DNA from: Dimorphilus gyrociliatus
Lineage: Eukaryota; Animalia; Annelida
Direction of reading: 5' to 3'
Length of the DNA stretch: 64,000 nucleotides
Assembly: GCA_904063045.1 (NCBI GenBank)
Contig: CAJFCJ010000007.1
Span: 2,239,404 to 2,303,403 of the forward strand
Shown: piece after piece, positions 20,597 through 33,115 of the stretch
How positions within the stretch are numbered: the first letter of the stretch is position 1
Layout of the letters: the number at the start of each line of letters is the position of its first letter
Made by a program: the position numbers and the translations under genes
The notes under the pieces: model-generated
Databases searched by the model: none
What the model saw: only the letters and a program-made list of their open reading frames with translations
Told to the model about the DNA's origin: nothing

Positions 20597-23108
20597 ATGA
20601 AGCATCTTGCGTTGAAAATAACAGTTTACTATTGGCTTTTGTCGTCCGCTGTCGATTGCAAAGGTAGGCCTGATCACAGACGTAGGCTTTATTCTAGTGA
20701 AATAGACGGATGCTTAACCTTTCGTTAAAGGTTCACGTGAATTAACTACATACGCGATATGAATCTTTACCACATGACGCAGCTTTGTCTAAACTTTAAA
20801 TGGAAGTTTTTATCGTTCTTTTGTAAAGTTTTTGCAGAAAAAATTTATTTCACTGGAAGGAAAATCGATCAAATGAGATTTATTGATTTCGTATTAAGAA
20901 CCATCTATTAGGAGTCAGCTTGTTTCTTTTTCGTTCTTGCCTTTATAAGTTAGGCCTTGGTCTAGAATTAACGCGGACCGCACGGGAGCAATCTCGTTTA
21001 ACCTCGAAGCACATTCGTGCATATTATATTGATTGATGACTTAAAAAATAATATTGCAGGTGCAGGCTCAAAAATTAGAAAAAATAAAAAGCCTAAGGAT
21101 GGTTCAGGTATTGGTAGGAATGTAGGAAGCACCTCGTCAGGATCAAAAGATGGAGCTATGGCCAGCTACGATTTTTATGGATGTAAGAATTTTTATCCTA
21201 CATTCTTCTATCTAACTATTAACTTCATAAATCAAGTCTAACTGCAAATTTTCTCAATCCTCTTCCAATGTATTATAGAACCATATAGTTTTATGTTCTA
21301 ACAGTGCCGCTCAAACCACATAGGAACTTGACGCATGAAGAACGTTTGTTGGCCTATTTATTTCGCGATTACGATCCAGTTGCGAGAGCAGTTGTTGATA
21401 CCGATAAACCTGTCGACGTCTATTTAGCCTTCGTACTACTAAGAATACACGGCTTAGTATGTATTGACTTCTTCTTTCCTTTCTGTGTCTCTTTTCTTTC
21501 TTTCTCTAAATATTCTGACCGGACTATTGTCTCCAACCTAACATGTCCATCAACAGGACGAAAGGTCTCAGGTGTTAACAACTACTGGACTCGTTATTGC
21601 CGTACGTATAGTGTTGTTAGACCGGAGTGATCGTATTTTGTAGCAATGTAGTTAATAAAACGGTTGTTTGCTGTACACCTATATAGGCTTTATGCACAAA
21701 CGCGTTTCTTTAACCGAGCGCTAATATTTACGCAAGCGCTACGGCCAACTGTCGGATACGATTGTCAATGCGAATTAACGTTGTTTTTCAGGAGTGGAAT
21801 GATGGTAGATTAGAATGGAATCCTCAAGATTTCGGGAATCTTAGTGAAATTGTCGTGAAAGCTGATAAAATTTGGTTACCGGAAATCGCGGTCATGAACG
21901 GGTGAGTGAGCAGGGAAAATTAGGCAAAATGCTTTACTTTTATCCCACAGAGCCGATGAATTAAATCCCGACTTCGAACGAATAAGGGTTCTATTGAATC
22001 ATCGGGGAGAACTTCACTGGGAACCGGGAGGAATATTTCGAACGACATGCGATATCGATATTCAGTATTTTCCATTCGATAGTCAGGCTTGCCCTATGCT
22101 TATTGGAGCCTACTCGTACCATAGTGATAAAATGAACATTTCAACCTTAGCTAGTGAGATATCAACGCATGATTTTCGATTAAATGGCGAATGGCAAGTA
22201 TCAGGAACATCCGCCACAAGAAACGAAACTATCTTGGATATATCATCCGGAAAGGGTTATGCTCACGTAGTGTTTATGCTTTATTTGAAGAGACGATACC
22301 AATTTTACATGATGAACATTGTTCTGCCGTGCCTAATGCTTTCCGCTCTCATTATGATCGGCTTCTTTCTTCCGCCCGAAGCAGGCGAGAAAATTAGTCT
22401 TGGTATTAGTGTTCTCCTTGCTTTTACCGTCTTCCTCCTTATGGTTGCAGACAATATCCCTCGAACTAGTCTAGCTATTCCGCTTCTAGGTGAGTCGATC
22501 GATTTCAATTACGATTCGGAATGTACTTCTTGAGTATTTCAATTAAAATTCTTTACTTCGCAGTTTTATACTTGACTGCAACTATGACCCTTGGTACTCT
22601 GTCAGTGTGTTTGACAGTTTTTGTGCTGAACGTTCACCATCGGAATCCTCGTTTTCCCGTCAAACCAATTCTACGGACAGCAATACTACGGTATTTGGCA
22701 AGAGTTTTGCGTATTCGAACAACTATGAATTGCAGTCGGGCGGAAAATCGTGTTTACATAAGATCGGGGAATAAGAACGGAAGACCAGAGGACAATAATG
22801 GACTGATGGTTGACGAAGTTGAGTTGCTATCATTAACTAAAGTTAACCATGGCAAAAGCGTGCAGGTCAGTAATGGGCCAAAGAACTCAAAAAATTCATT
22901 GATTCTTCGGCGAACGGAAATCGACGATGAAGTGACTGCGGCGGATTATTCGCAAGATTGGCATGAGCTCGCCATGGTATTAGATAGACTCTTCTTTTGG
23001 TGCCTTTTTATTGCTATGAGCCTATCAGCTGTTTTTATTCTCCTTTATCCAAAGTATATGGGTTTAGAAAACAGGCAATCAGGCGAAGCAGTTTCTACAC
23101 TTGAATGA
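20597..23108 (+). CDS. Nicotinic acetylcholine receptor-like Cys-loop subunit B (non-alpha, cation-type pore)
   Basis: Signal exon MKHLALKITVYYWLLSSAVDCK (20597-20663) splices in phase to 21060; HEERLLAYLFRDYDP; Cys loop CDIDIQYFPFDSQAC; no vicinal Cys; PPEAGEKIS; WHELAMVLDRLFFW. Confidence 0.9.
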
Positions 23109-24095
23109 TCTATAACGCCATCTCCATTGTTTTTTCGGATGAAAACCTTCTCAGATAAAGGCACGTGAATAATGTACTGTCTTTATCCAGGAGAAAAAAT
23201 AACAGCTCCATTAATATAATCTGGTAACATTGTAAGGAAACACAGAAAAGCTGGAAAACTCAGAAGATGTTTCTATCTTTAATTATCAGCCAGTACTCAC
23301 TCGCCTTCTGTCATAAACGAGAAAATTCTTAGCGGCTTCGGTTATAATCTACAAGCAATCAGCGAGTATGAAAACCAGTCTTTAAATTCTCTTCAGGGGA
23401 AGCTCTGGACTTTTATAGTTCACGGAATACATAAAGCTTTCACTATATAGAACGTAAACTAATCGATAATATCAAATTTGATCTCTTTCCATGGAGATAT
23501 TAGCCGTGTTGGGGTTGTAGTTAGGGCTAAAAAGGTTAGAGTTGACTTTATTATCACTATCAAAAAGATATCACTTACTAAAAATCGATAGAATGATGGA
23601 ATTCCATTCGAAGAATCTCTCTGCTTATTTCATTGGAGAAATCTAAAACAGTATTTTATATCGACTTAAAAAAAAACGAAAAGAGAATTTTATTGAAAAT
23701 TAATAAATTAGCAAAATTATTCATCAACTTACTAATTTATAAAGCGAAAATGTCTATTGTCATCGGACAAGGCACAAATTTGTCAAAACTGTTTCTTAAA
23801 GTCAGTCTCATGACGTTAATGTTTGTTGGTGCTATTTTAATTGGGCGGGAAACGTAGATATTTTATTTTTAATGTCAAAAATTTTCTAGATTCTTAACCA
23901 GTTTGTATTGTGTTTACTAAATAGGCTCTTCCTTTTATTATTATTATTATTATTTTTCATTATTATTATTATTCAAAATGGTTTCTTTAATTACAGACAA
24001 GTAACGAAGTAGACAAGTTTTCGCAGATTTTTTTTTCAGAGTCAGATTAAACAAAAACAAACTTACCTAACACGAGTGAAACACTAAAAAACTTT

Positions 24096-26087
24096 TTATT
24101 TCGGTCTTTTGGCATCAGGTTCAGTTTCATCAGCTTCATTGGCTGCCCTCTTCTTAAAAGCGTAGTTAGGATCTGCAACAACAACTCTCATAAGTTGTCC
24201 TGCAACTTCTTTTCCATTTATGGCCTCAATTGCTGCTTGAGCACTCTCTAGTGTCCCGTACTTTGCAAAACCGTAATTCTTGCCCGGTAAAAAGTAAGCA
24301 TCGATTAGGTTGCCATAACGACAGAACAAATTTCTTAACACACTGTCACTAAAATATGTTGGCTTGGCAACTATAAATAGTCTTTCACCACATTCCATCT
24401 GAAAATTATGAGCATTATAGGGGAAATTCTATTAAACGATGATAGTACCTGTGGAACCATTTCTTTGATTTCTGGGACTAGAAATGCGCAGTAGCGAACG
24501 CGAACAAGTTGACTTGTTGCTGAAAAGATATTTGCTTTTTCTTCTTCTCCTTCCTTGCCTTTCAGTAAGCTTGTGGCTTTAATGACATTATCAAGGATAT
24601 TTTGTATGTTGTCCTTCTCTTCTCCAGTCGTTGCCTGGCTTAATTTTTCTGTGAGCTCTATTAAATTAGCTTCTAACCGGCTTATTTCTGAAGCTTTCTG
24701 CTCTTGTTTGTATATAGCAACACAAACTGTTGAACCATTCGGGAAAAGGAAACCATCAATTCTGTCCTTAGCATAGGCCGCACAAGCCGAATCCCCGTAT
24801 CTAACAGTTCCCTCTCCTCTTGAGGAGTCAAATGCACAGGATTCAAAACTTGGAACAATCCTAAACAAATGCTCAATATTTTCGGCTGTAATACCCTTAC
24901 CAGTTTGAACATGCAGTGTTAATTTCCCGTCATTAGGGAAGTTACTGATGACATCAGTTGCGTTAATAGCCCTTTGTGGTACTATACTAGGTTTCAATTC
25001 GTACGAATAGGGATCATTGAACGAACCAAAATGGCTTTTATGATACGTCATATCCTCGTAATTGTCATCGTAAAAGCCATCGTTACCGCAAACCCCGTTA
25101 AATGACATCGGTTCCGGACCGAGATTATTTTGTCTGTACATATTGGATGAAAAGTCTTGATTGAATACTTCATAATTGCTAAATTTAGAATCTGTAAAGT
25201 CTTCGTATCCTCCTCCCCTAATACCATCTGTCATCATTCCACCTTGCACCCTTTCGCTTTTAGGCCTCTCCTCCGCAAACAAAGGTTTATAGTTTTCTGG
25301 AACATTCTCTAAAGCTTTGGCTGCACAATAAGGCCTTTTAAATGTCACAAAGCATAAACCTCGCGATTTTCCATTTTCTTTATTCATTAGCAATTTAACA
25401 TGCTGAATTTCACCAAACTCACCAAATTCAACTTTCAAGTCATCAACTGTTTTATCAGTTGGAATTCTGCAGAATATACGTCTTCCTTTTTCCTCGTTTT
25501 TATCACCCGACCCACGAGATTCTTTACTCATTGCTAACATACACTATAGTTAAGCGAATTGCAATTAAAATAATTAAATGATAAATTAGTGAATAAACCT
25601 TTAGACGATCGTTAGCAGACTCATTCAACGGTTTTCCGTTCATCTCTTCTATGGCCAAAGCAGCCTCAGATGCTTTAGAGAAGGTGATAAAGGTGTATAC
25701 TGAAAACATTAACGTTAGAAATGAAATTATATCTATTTTAATGAAATCAGAAATAACAAGTCAACTCCAATTAAGTTCGAAAAAAAGCAAAAATACACCG
25801 GATAATCAATTATTTAGAAAGTTCGTACCTTTTCTTTCATCTTTTTTTTGCTGTCGAAAATTTGTGATTTCTCCGTATTGAGAAAAAACTTGTTTAAATT
25901 CGTCCTCAGGGTAACTATTACCACATATTATAAATATTGCGTTATATAATGGACGTTCCGGCTCTTTCCTGTTGTTTTTAACCTTGCCTCCTCTATTATA
26001 ATTTCCAGGTGGAGGGTTTATTTGGTGGATCATTGGTTGTATTATTCCACCTCGACCCCTTCCCCTTCCTCTAGGATTTCTTATCAT
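24096..26087 (-). CDS. RBM45: RNA-binding motif protein 45 (multiple RRMs)
   Basis: FSKASEAALAIEEMNG, RIFCRIP...GKSRGLCFVTF, FLFPNGS, and C-terminal RRM ERLFIV...FCRYGNLIDAYFLPGKNYGFAKY ending in the NLS-like KRPK. Confidence 0.88.
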
Positions 26088-26295
26088 TGCCGGTTTTTCG
26101 CACAGAACCCTTAAAATGGCGTATTTTTCTTCAGTGCGGATCTATTATTGTCCACCAAAATATTACTCTAAAGAGTCGAAAGACTACTGTGTATAACAGT
26201 CATGTGACAAGATTTCGCTGAGAGATTTAAGACAATTGGCTTTGTTGATTAATTAAGATATTTATTTTCTCTGGTATAATAATTATATTAAAGAC
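26088..26295. promoter_or_regulatory. 208-bp bidirectional promoter (RBM45 / TMEM106)
   Basis: Head-to-head ATGs; YY1-like AAAATGGCG 26113-26121; CLEAR/M-box-like GTCATGTGAC 26199-26208. Confidence 0.55.
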
Positions 26296-27189
26296 ATGTC
26301 AACAGAATATCTCTGCGATTCAGTGGACGATTCTCCTAGTACTGAATCAGTAACAGTAAAATGTCCAAGCTGTAGAGGAAGCGGACGTATTCCAAAAGAA
26401 TACGAATCTCAACTTGTAGCGATTATCCCGGTAAGAGACAAACGTCTGAAGCCAAGAAGGACGTGGCTATGGATCGTCCTGACTTTGGCCATTTGTATTA
26501 TACTTGCCAGTTTATTGGGCTTCTTCTTGGCTCCGAGGAGCGTCAAATTAAGTTTGAGAAGTAACCATTTAAATGGAACAAAAATATATGACAATAATGC
26601 ATCCGATTTTACGCAGTCTGATGTTAAAGTAATCTCAATTGTAAGATATTAAACAGTAACCAAAAAGTATAATAGTGTTTAGCTTTTCTCCTTTCCTCGC
26701 AGCTATCCTATAAAATAACGAATACAAATTTCTATCCAATCTACATTTCAAAACTTCAAATGACAATTTCAACACTTGGAGATTTCGATTCACCTGTACA
26801 AGCAGGTCGTATAATTGATAATAGTAAGTTTGAAATAGCCTTGAAATCTGAAGCTAATCATAATATTAACGCAACAATGGAATTACGAAGTGTCATGGGG
26901 CAAGTATAGCATAAATATAGGATACATCTATAAATATACTTAACATATTTTGTAACAGATTCTTATGTCATAGATCATATCCAGCTAGACTATTTGTCGG
27001 GTAGGTAATTTAAGATAAAATTCTAATTAAACTGGTTACTTTATTATATTCTCTCATTTTTTCCCTTTCTTTCTCTCTCTCTCTCTCTCTATTAATAGCA
27101 CCGTATTGTATGGATCCCAGCTTGGTTACTCAATTAATATGAACTTCGATGAAGAATTTCATTTGCACTGTTTATCCTCTGGCAGTTAA
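26296..27189 (+). CDS. TMEM106B: TMEM106 family lysosomal type II membrane protein, 4 exons
   Basis: CPSCRGSGRIPKEYESQLVAIIPVRDKRLKPRRT followed by a TM helix and PRSV; luminal YKITNTNFYPI. The frame is kept to the stop at 27189 only if intron 2 is GC-AG (26900-26958). Confidence 0.85.
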
Positions 27190-29203
27190 CAATTATTAGA
27201 CGTCGTCAATTATTCTCTTATAAGTCGATAAAAACATATTGCATTCATCTGATGTTGAAAATTATTAAACTATTCAACAAGAATACAGGAAATAGTCTAC
27301 TGTATTTTATCATTTAAATTTATAGACTGGACGAAGAAATTACTTTAATATTTAAGTAATTAAATACTTCTGCAAGTGTTTTTTTTTAGAGAGTCGAATT
27401 TGCTGAAAAGTGAAGGAAATATATGTGTTATTAATTACTTGAATTAGTGCGTAAAGTTGAAACTGTACCTTTATTTATGTATTTTTCGTTAATTATGTAA
27501 AGAAACAATGTGAAAATTTATTTCTAATTAAAACGGATCTTATATTCTGATAGTTCCATATATATTATATCTATTTCCCTTTTAATTTTGTTATAATTAT
27601 TCCAAGATCCTTATGAAATATTAATATATGTTTTTAATAATTATTACAAGAATTCTGAGAATTGAAGATTATAGAATTGTATTTATATTAGCATCAAACT
27701 TACTAATTATTGACATTTTACTGATTAAATAAAGACAGAAATAGAACGGAAATTACTGTTGCAAAAACATCTTGTTCCGCATTAATTAAAAAGAAGCCAA
27801 AATATAAGATTATGATTAGAATGAGTGACAAATTGAGGTATATTATAGTTCATTAGGCTGGAAATTTCGAATTTATACGAGATCATTTTATATGTAGAAG
27901 TTTATTTGTATTGATTTGACTTATACATTCCAACGTATCATTATTAGGTAAACAAACTAAAAAATTGGTAATTCTAGGGATAAAAGGCTAATTGACAAAA
28001 CAAATTAGGTTAACAAAATACGTTTTCAATTACTAAATAGTATTTAATTAACTGTATAACTTTTCTAGGATCTGAGATATTCTGCAAGGAATTTTAAGTT
28101 CTTTTATTTCTCTTTTATAAGAACAACCTATCCAATACACATTAAGCCTACGATGCTAACTGTATTTAAGGATAATGAAGTTGATTATTATAGTATAGAA
28201 GGTATTTGCATGCATAATATAATAGAGTAAGGTAAATACCTCTCCCTCACACGCATACACACACATATATACAGTATATATTATATATATACTTTATATA
28301 TATTCTCTCTCCCTCCCTCTAAAAATTATTATCAATGTGTTCTCACTACGGAAAATCTGATTCTTATTCCTGACTCGTTCTTCTTTGAAAAGGGCGCTAA
28401 ATTTGGCTAATTTAAAAAAAAAATAAGTTCGATGAAGAGCTCTCTTTGTAGAAATTAAATAAACTAGTCAATTTAACACCGTCTGTAAATAATAATAGTT
28501 ATCCTTGTAGACTGATAAGATATAGAAAATTTCCTCTAATTCTTCAATTCAATTTTCATAAATTTAAAGATTTTGAAACATATACTTTCTGGTATGGTTT
28601 GCATTTTCCAGAAATCTTGTTTAACGAATACGATATCATTAGCCATGTTGAATTAACTTTGTAATCTGATTACGTTCACAGACGTCGGCTTAATGTATAT
28701 TAATCCAATTTCAGTTATTGTTCATATAGAAAAAAGGCACACTCTATACGAGATGGCTTTAAAGAAATTTTTGTTCATTGCCATAATTGTGACAAAAGGA
28801 TAACGTCCTCATAATTTAAAGATGTTTAGAACGGAATTTGAGAATATAGCTTTGGAAAAGAATGGTCAATTATTGAAATTTTTAGGATTATATAGGTTAT
28901 TTTTTCTCTTTAGATCAAATTTTCGGGTGAAAAGACTATAAACAGTGTTTAAAATTGAGATTTTTTAATAACAATCAATTATATATATATATGCAAATAA
29001 GGATTTTGAGTATGTAAATGTGATTGCATTCGAAGGCAATTTGCGAATGTTTAAGTATTGAATTAAACGCTTTTTCGCGACGCCATCTATTGCTTATGTT
29101 ATCCCAAGTATAATAATATATATATTAGTATATGGTATATGTATAATTTCTTAAGGGTCTTTTTATTCGTGAAATTGTATAGTTAAAATATTATCTTCTT
29201 TTC

Positions 29204-31072
29204 TTAGTATTCTCTGATCCACTTCTCTATATAATGCTCTTCCATCTTGCGTACTTGTCTAACGGACGGTGGATCCAAAGGATTTTGACCTCTGTTTGTA
29301 TATGTGTATACAGTATAAACAATTACTAGGCTACCGTATTAAAATCTAGATTTACCTTAAATCGAGATGATGGGCGCCACCGATTACTATTAAAGAAATT
29401 AATCGATCTTTTATGCTATATAAAACCTGGAGAAAGCAAAAAAAAGAACGATAAAAACGCAAGAGTATTCTATATATATCATAAAAAATCCTTACACCGC
29501 CACCATGCCACGGATCCAAGTTTCCATTAGAAAATATTATATTCGACGTTTGATTTATACCTGTGTTAGGTTTTTAAAATCTCAAAGTAAACATAGAAAA
29601 AAAAGGAATGCAAAAAAAAGAAAACTGAATAAAATAATATTTACTTACTTTCCATTCCAAAATCAATTTCGTTAAAAGTACTCCAATCAGTCACATTCCA
29701 TCGTTGACTGCAGTAATTCTTCCTATCATCCATAGTAAATGGCATATCAGCAAACATATCAGTTTTCGAATTCGTTCCACCTGGAGACAGTAATTCAGTG
29801 CAAGCCTGAAAAATTTTGTATTTTGTTACAGTAATTTTGTATAGGTCAAATCAAGTGATAAAATGTTTCTTTCTTTACCTGATAGTCCCAGGCTAATCCA
29901 TCATTACCTACACCGCAGCCGCTAGTATCCGAGCACGCAACGTATTCCTTGTAAATATCATGGCATTGTTTGTCACCGTATAGCATAGAAACTACTTGAG
30001 CAAGCCCATCGTAAGGGTTTACAGAAAACTCTTTTGATATTATATCACAGGATTTCTATTATTTGTTTGTTTAATTAAGCATTATTATTTTATTAAAGGA
30101 TATGACATACTTTGACTGGGAATCCTGGTAGATTTCCCAAGAAAGAGGCAGGATAAGGATAATTTACCATCGCAATTGTTACAAAAGCGTTTCTTATCCA
30201 ACCTAAAAACTGATTTAAACCAGCCTCATCAGTTAGAGGTTTGCAGAGGTTAAATTTGTTAGAGATAACTGCGTAATCTTTCTTGATAGTAATATGCTTT
30301 ATAGTTGTTCTGATTTTATCAGCGCATCCTTCATCAGCAAACGATTTAGTAACACTTTGGAAAAAATATCTATCTCTGTAAGTTGGATTAACAATAGATA
30401 AAACGGGAGCGCTAGCTGCAATTCCTCCTTGTATTATACCCGGATATTTTAGTTTCAGGTAAGCGGTCAACATTCCCCCATAGCTACCACCGAAGGAGAT
30501 CACTGGTGCCTTAATGTTTAGCTTCCTCTTAACGCTGGTAATAATAAGGGCAAAATCGGCTAAAACCTGATTGATACTCAGATAGCCAACATTATCTGAA
30601 GTGAAGCTGTCTACTGGTCCAAATGGTAATGATTTGCCATAGTAACGCTAAAAGAAGTGTAGTTTTATAAATATAAATGAATTATAGACTTGCCATCTTA
30701 CATGTTCAGCAAACACTACTAGAGCATTAAATTTCGGTGCGATATCGAACACAAAACCTGTGTTATTCCAAAATTGTTCGATATTCCCCTCATTTCCAGT
30801 ATAGAAAAATACGGGAGATGAGGAAGTTCCCCACCATTTGTCTGATAAGGATTATCAAGATTAATTACAGAAGAAATCGAAACGGAATTGATTTATTCAC
30901 CTTGTATAAGAATTCGCTGTTTGAAATAGCGAAGATCCTGATTATTAAAGTGATCTAATTTTTGAGTTATATAGTCCTCTTTAAATGGATAAGCAATTAC
31001 TGTTACAACTTGAAAAAGAAAGAAAATTTTTACGGCTATGGAAATTGTGTACGTCGCCATATTAACTGTCAT
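29204..31072 (-). CDS. DPP7: Dipeptidyl peptidase 2 / DPP7 (peptidase S28; PRCP family), start at 31072 or 31060
   Basis: Signal peptide then QKLDHFN; FFYTGNEG; AEHRYYGKS; GGSYGGMLTAYLKLKYP; AWDYQACTE; NIIFSNGNLDPW; GGAHHLDL. AYL and APVL residues are closer to DPP7 than to PRCP. Confidence 0.85.
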
Positions 31073-31504
31073 GTGATAGTTTGTTTTTTTTTTATCTCAA
31101 GAATAAAAATAAAATAATTCAATTTCTGTACTTAAAAATTATAGATACTTTATTGTGACAATGCATAAGAACTTTTTTGTTAAAGTGAAAAAGTTATCAA
31201 TGGGTTTAGTTACTTAAAGTGTGTTCGGAACTTTGAAACTTAAAGGTGGAATACGTAACCACGCTAGGGCTGGAGTAAAATATAATATTTGAATTAAGTT
31301 CTATTTCAATAAGAAAGAACTTTTCCGCTAGTCTTTACAAGTTTACAATAGAGAAAAGAATTGAAGGAATGTTGAACTAGTGCTTCTTCTGATTGGTCAA
31401 ATGGCAGCCTCTTTGAAATTTCTGCACTTATTATAATGAAAAAGTAGTGATTGATACACGAATCATAAGGTTATTCAACTACGTTATAGTAATTTAGAAC
31501 AAAG

Positions 31505-31507
<3 letters not shown>

Positions 31508-31546
<39 letters not shown>
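31508..31546. repeat. (AG)n microsatellite, ~19 units
   Basis: Directly visible. Confidence 0.95.
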
Positions 31547-31548
<2 letters not shown>

Positions 31549-33115
31549 ACGAAATCAAACACTTTAAGAGTTATAATAATAAATTTAGAGTTGTTTAAAT
31601 TTTCTTAAAAGATTAAAAAAACAATAGATAAGGTAATTAAATAGGCAATTTCTCTTTCTTCCTAGAATAACGTAAATGTATGAAGTACTATCAAATATGT
31701 GATTAAAAATTTCTTCTAAGCACAATATTTGAAGAGACTTATCAAGGAAATTTTTCAAAGCACATGTAATAAACCAAAGTTTTGTTGAAGATATAGAAGA
31801 GCTTCGCACCTCTCCCTTCTTTATAGAATTTCAAGATTATTCATAATTTTCTTTTATGAATAATAATTTGCATTAGAGAATTCCTACGAAACCCTTTTCC
31901 ATTAAATATGGAATGATAAGAATTTATTACTTTTAACGTAAGAAATGTTAAGTAATGAAATAAAAAAAGGTCTTATACTTCTTTCATTCAACATTGAAAT
32001 CTCTTAGCGATAAATGGCTGAAATATTAATATATTATTTGCTTATACTTTGAAAATGGCTTATATTATATTAAAGAACTTTTCCTCAATTTATCGATTGT
32101 ATTGAGAGCCAATAATAGCCAACTCAATGATCAATACCAAAGTCGAAATATGAATGGTAATCAAATATCTCTATAAAGATAGACATAGGTGGTTACCTAA
32201 TCCGAAAACGAAAATGGCCAGTTCATAGTGAATTTTGAAGACTAACCACAAAGGGTAACGTGTATTCAAGGCGATTTTAACAACAGCATTGGCCTGTAGA
32301 CCACTCTTTCCCTAATACACGCCCTTTACTCAGCCGTAAGTTGTAGTTCTGGTAAGTTCACTTTTTCAGTTATTATTTTGTTCTTTAATTTTTATATACG
32401 ATTCTTTTGGACTAGATATAACTACACCGTAAGATTAATTATTAACTTAGGTTAATCTTATAAATGTAGAAAAAATGAAACTTTTCTTTTACGCATTTAA
32501 GATTATCCTGACGAATGTAAACTGGTTACTAGAATAAATACTTACTATTAGTTTATCTATTAAAGTAATAATCATTAATCTATCGAAATATGAATTTTAA
32601 ATATTAATATTTTTAATACTTTATTTAGTTTCTATTAGACTAAAAATTCCTAAATTGCTGACATTGTAAGATGAGCTAGAATTCTAGTTATCATCGGCAT
32701 CTTGTAGTTTTTTTTAACTATTCAATTAATTGTTTAAAACTTCAATTAAAATAAAAGTTATTCTATAAATTGAACTTTTAAAAGTCTTTTATTCAAGTTT
32801 AATATGATAGGATCGTGATTTATTCGTTCAATTATTGTACCGTATCTACGAAGCGACCTCGTAGGCCTATTCGAGGCGTGGTCTTTATGTGTGAAATTTT
32901 CTACCATCTAATACCAGTCATCAGTCACAGGTCATCAATAGGTGTTTAGATTTTCTAAATATACCAAATAAGATTAGGTATAAATATAGTATACTTTGAT
33001 TATACATTGTAGTATTGAAGTCGCCATATTACAAACTATCGTAAGATTGTCCACACCCATCAATAATTGGGCGGGGTTTTTTTCTTGACAGTTCTCTTCC
33101 ATTTGAAATTCAACC

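Noticed and set aside
27812-28201. Exon-like blocks with GT/AG signals on the plus strand
   Set aside because: All frames stop and donors are weak; not distinguishable from AT-rich background.
28536-28646. F-box-like 36-aa ORF on the minus strand (MQTIPESICFKIFKFM)
   Set aside because: Too short, stops immediately, no spliceable continuation found. At most a decayed remnant in the 27.2-29.2 kb gap.
30095-30103. ATATCCTTT, the U12 AT-AC donor consensus, in DPP7
   Set aside because: It lies inside an ordinary GT-AG intron (30056-30110) that already gives the expected PVK-KSCD junction.
31239-31260. TTAAAGGTGGAATACG, resembling a TTAA-targeting transposon end
   Set aside because: No matching opposite terminus or second copy seen in the window.
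31585-31809. LRR-like fragment on the minus strand
   Set aside because: Neighbouring frames are riddled with stops; no convincing repeat or start.
32281-32346. Neuropeptide-like QQHWPVDHSF stretch
   Set aside because: In-frame stop immediately upstream, no signal peptide exon, no repeated cleavage pattern.
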